Source: an uncultured Solirubrobacterales bacterium (GTDB taxonomy: Bacteria > Actinomycetota > Thermoleophilia > Solirubrobacterales > 70-9). From it: a stretch of DNA of 64,000 nt. The notes beneath the pieces were generated by a model. That model ran no database searches. It worked only from the letters and a program-made list of their open reading frames with translations, and was not told the DNA's origin. The DNA lies in assembly GCA_963795625.1 (NCBI GenBank), contig CAWCIS010000006.1:164092-228091 (forward strand), read 5' to 3'. Shown piece by piece: positions 63,203 to 64,000 of this stretch. The first letter of the stretch is position 1; the number at the start of each line of letters is the position of its first letter. The position numbers were made by a program, and so were the translations under genes.

Positions 63203-64000
63203 GCGAGGGCAGCGGCGCCGCACTCACTGAGTCGATCTTCTGCGGTGCGTGCGGCGCCGGGATTGACCCCGGCGCGCGCTTCTGCCGTTCCTGTGGTGCC
63301 GATCAGCTGCAGTTCTCCGAGCCCGAGCCCGAGCCCGAGCCGGCGCTGAGCGCCGGGGGTGGGCTCCGCGACGCGCTCACCGAACGTCACGGGTTCGCCC
63401 CCAGTCAGCCTCCGCTTGGCGATGGCGCCTTCGAGCCCGGCGAGGGCGGCGTCGTTGGCGCGCTTGAGGGCCTGCCGCTGCGCGTCGAGGAGGGCAGCCG
63501 GCCCGAGGGTGGGGCCCCGCTGATCCGGGTCCGCTTCGGACTCGCCGGCGGCGATCCCGAGGCCGTGAAGAAGGCGCTTAGCGAGGTCCCTGCCTGGCGC
63601 GTCTCGGCGGGCCGCACGGGAGTCGAGGTCCTGGCTGCTCAGGAGGACAGTGGCGGCGACACTGACGCTGTGCTCACTTACGTCGAGGACCTGGCCCGGC
63701 GCGCCGCTGCCGCGATGGAGTCAGAGAAGCCTCCCAGCGATAGCGCCCGGGCTCTCACGGTCTGCGGCTATCCCCAGTGGGTGCAGACGCCTGACACCAC
63801 CGATGTCGATGGGGTCCAGCTGCGTCACTTCGAGCTGGAGAATGGAGAGGCCGAGTGGGAGGAGCTGGCGGTGCGACTGGCGCCGAGCGCCGACGGTGCG
63901 ATGTTTGCGACGGGGACCTGGGATGAAGAAGAGCCGTTCATCTCGTTGATGGGCAGGGTGGTGCTGATGCGGCAGGACGACGGTGGCCGCGAGACGTCGG
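63199..64000 (+). CDS. hypothetical protein with N-terminal zinc ribbon (3' end outside the window)
   Basis: Not in the ORF track because no stop is reached. GTG at 63199 overlaps the upstream stop (GTGA). My hand translation reads VSEGSGAALTESIFCGACGAGIDPGARFCRSCGADQLQFSEPEPEPEP.. and stays open to 64000. Confidence 0.6.
   Translation, partial: MSEGSGAALTESIFCGACGAGIDPGARFCRSCGADQLQFSEPEPEPEPALSAGGGLRDALTERHGFAPSQPPLGDGAFEPGEGGVVGALEGLPLRVEEGSRPEGGAPLIRVRFGLAGGDPEAVKKALSEVPAWRVSAGRTGVEVLAAQEDSGGDTDAVLTYVEDLARRAAAAMESEKPPSDSARALTVCGYPQWVQTPDTTDVDGVQLRHFELENGEAEWEELAVRLAPSADGAMFATGTWDEEEPFISLMGRVVLMRQDDGGRETS

Noticed and set aside
1-64000. tRNA, rRNA, integrase/transposase genes or IS termini
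   Set aside because: I found no cloverleaf-like or rRNA-like sequence and no DDE/tyrosine-recombinase motif in any ORF. This was an inspection by eye only, so tRNAscan/Infernal/ISfinder should confirm it.

Overview
High-G+C window, probably actinobacterial and possibly Thermoleophilia-like (inference from composition and gene content only). I can support about 65 protein genes. I recognised no rRNA, tRNA, CRISPR array, transposase or integrase. The window has four parts. (1) 113-23451 is an accessory block that encodes only exported proteins. It holds seven paralogous ~240-aa Cys-rich secreted proteins: one at 197-916 and six in a head-to-tail array at 8746-14584 with starts 963-1064 bp apart (mostly ~1.04 kb), each with its own conserved promoter-like motif and most followed by hairpin terminators. 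It also holds two copies of a translationally coupled operon: a giant PD40/FN3(/NHL) beta-propeller protein plus a ~1070-1090-aa partner. The second copy is followed by an NHL + InlB-B-repeat-like protein. Two genes in this block carry +1 frame breaks. I cannot match this block to any described system, and it is my top candidate for something new. (2) 23.4-42.9 kb and 54.1-59.7 kb hold ordinary high-GC genes: NlpC/P60, DHFR-like, CrtI-like oxidoreductase + DUF3556-like membrane protein, DUF2855, M1 peptidase, SRPBCC, GFA, two YciI-sigma pairs, GNATs, DHA2 MFS, csoR-copA, SQR-like, YjbQ, ECF sigma/anti-sigma. (3) 43.0-54.1 kb is a DNA-defence island. In order it contains a coupled GHKL-ATPase / PD-(D/E)XK / Z1-domain triad, Vsr, a frameshifted NaeI-like endonuclease, a C5-MTase, a second Vsr, a second C5-MTase, a C-protein and an NgoMIV/Cfr10I-like endonuclease. 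(4) 59.5-64.0 kb is a lower-GC patch of hypothetical genes, including two adjacent zinc-ribbon proteins; the last one runs off the window. Gene starts were refined by hand from the ORF track (signal peptides, Shine-Dalgarno motifs, ATGA overlaps) and are less certain than the stops.
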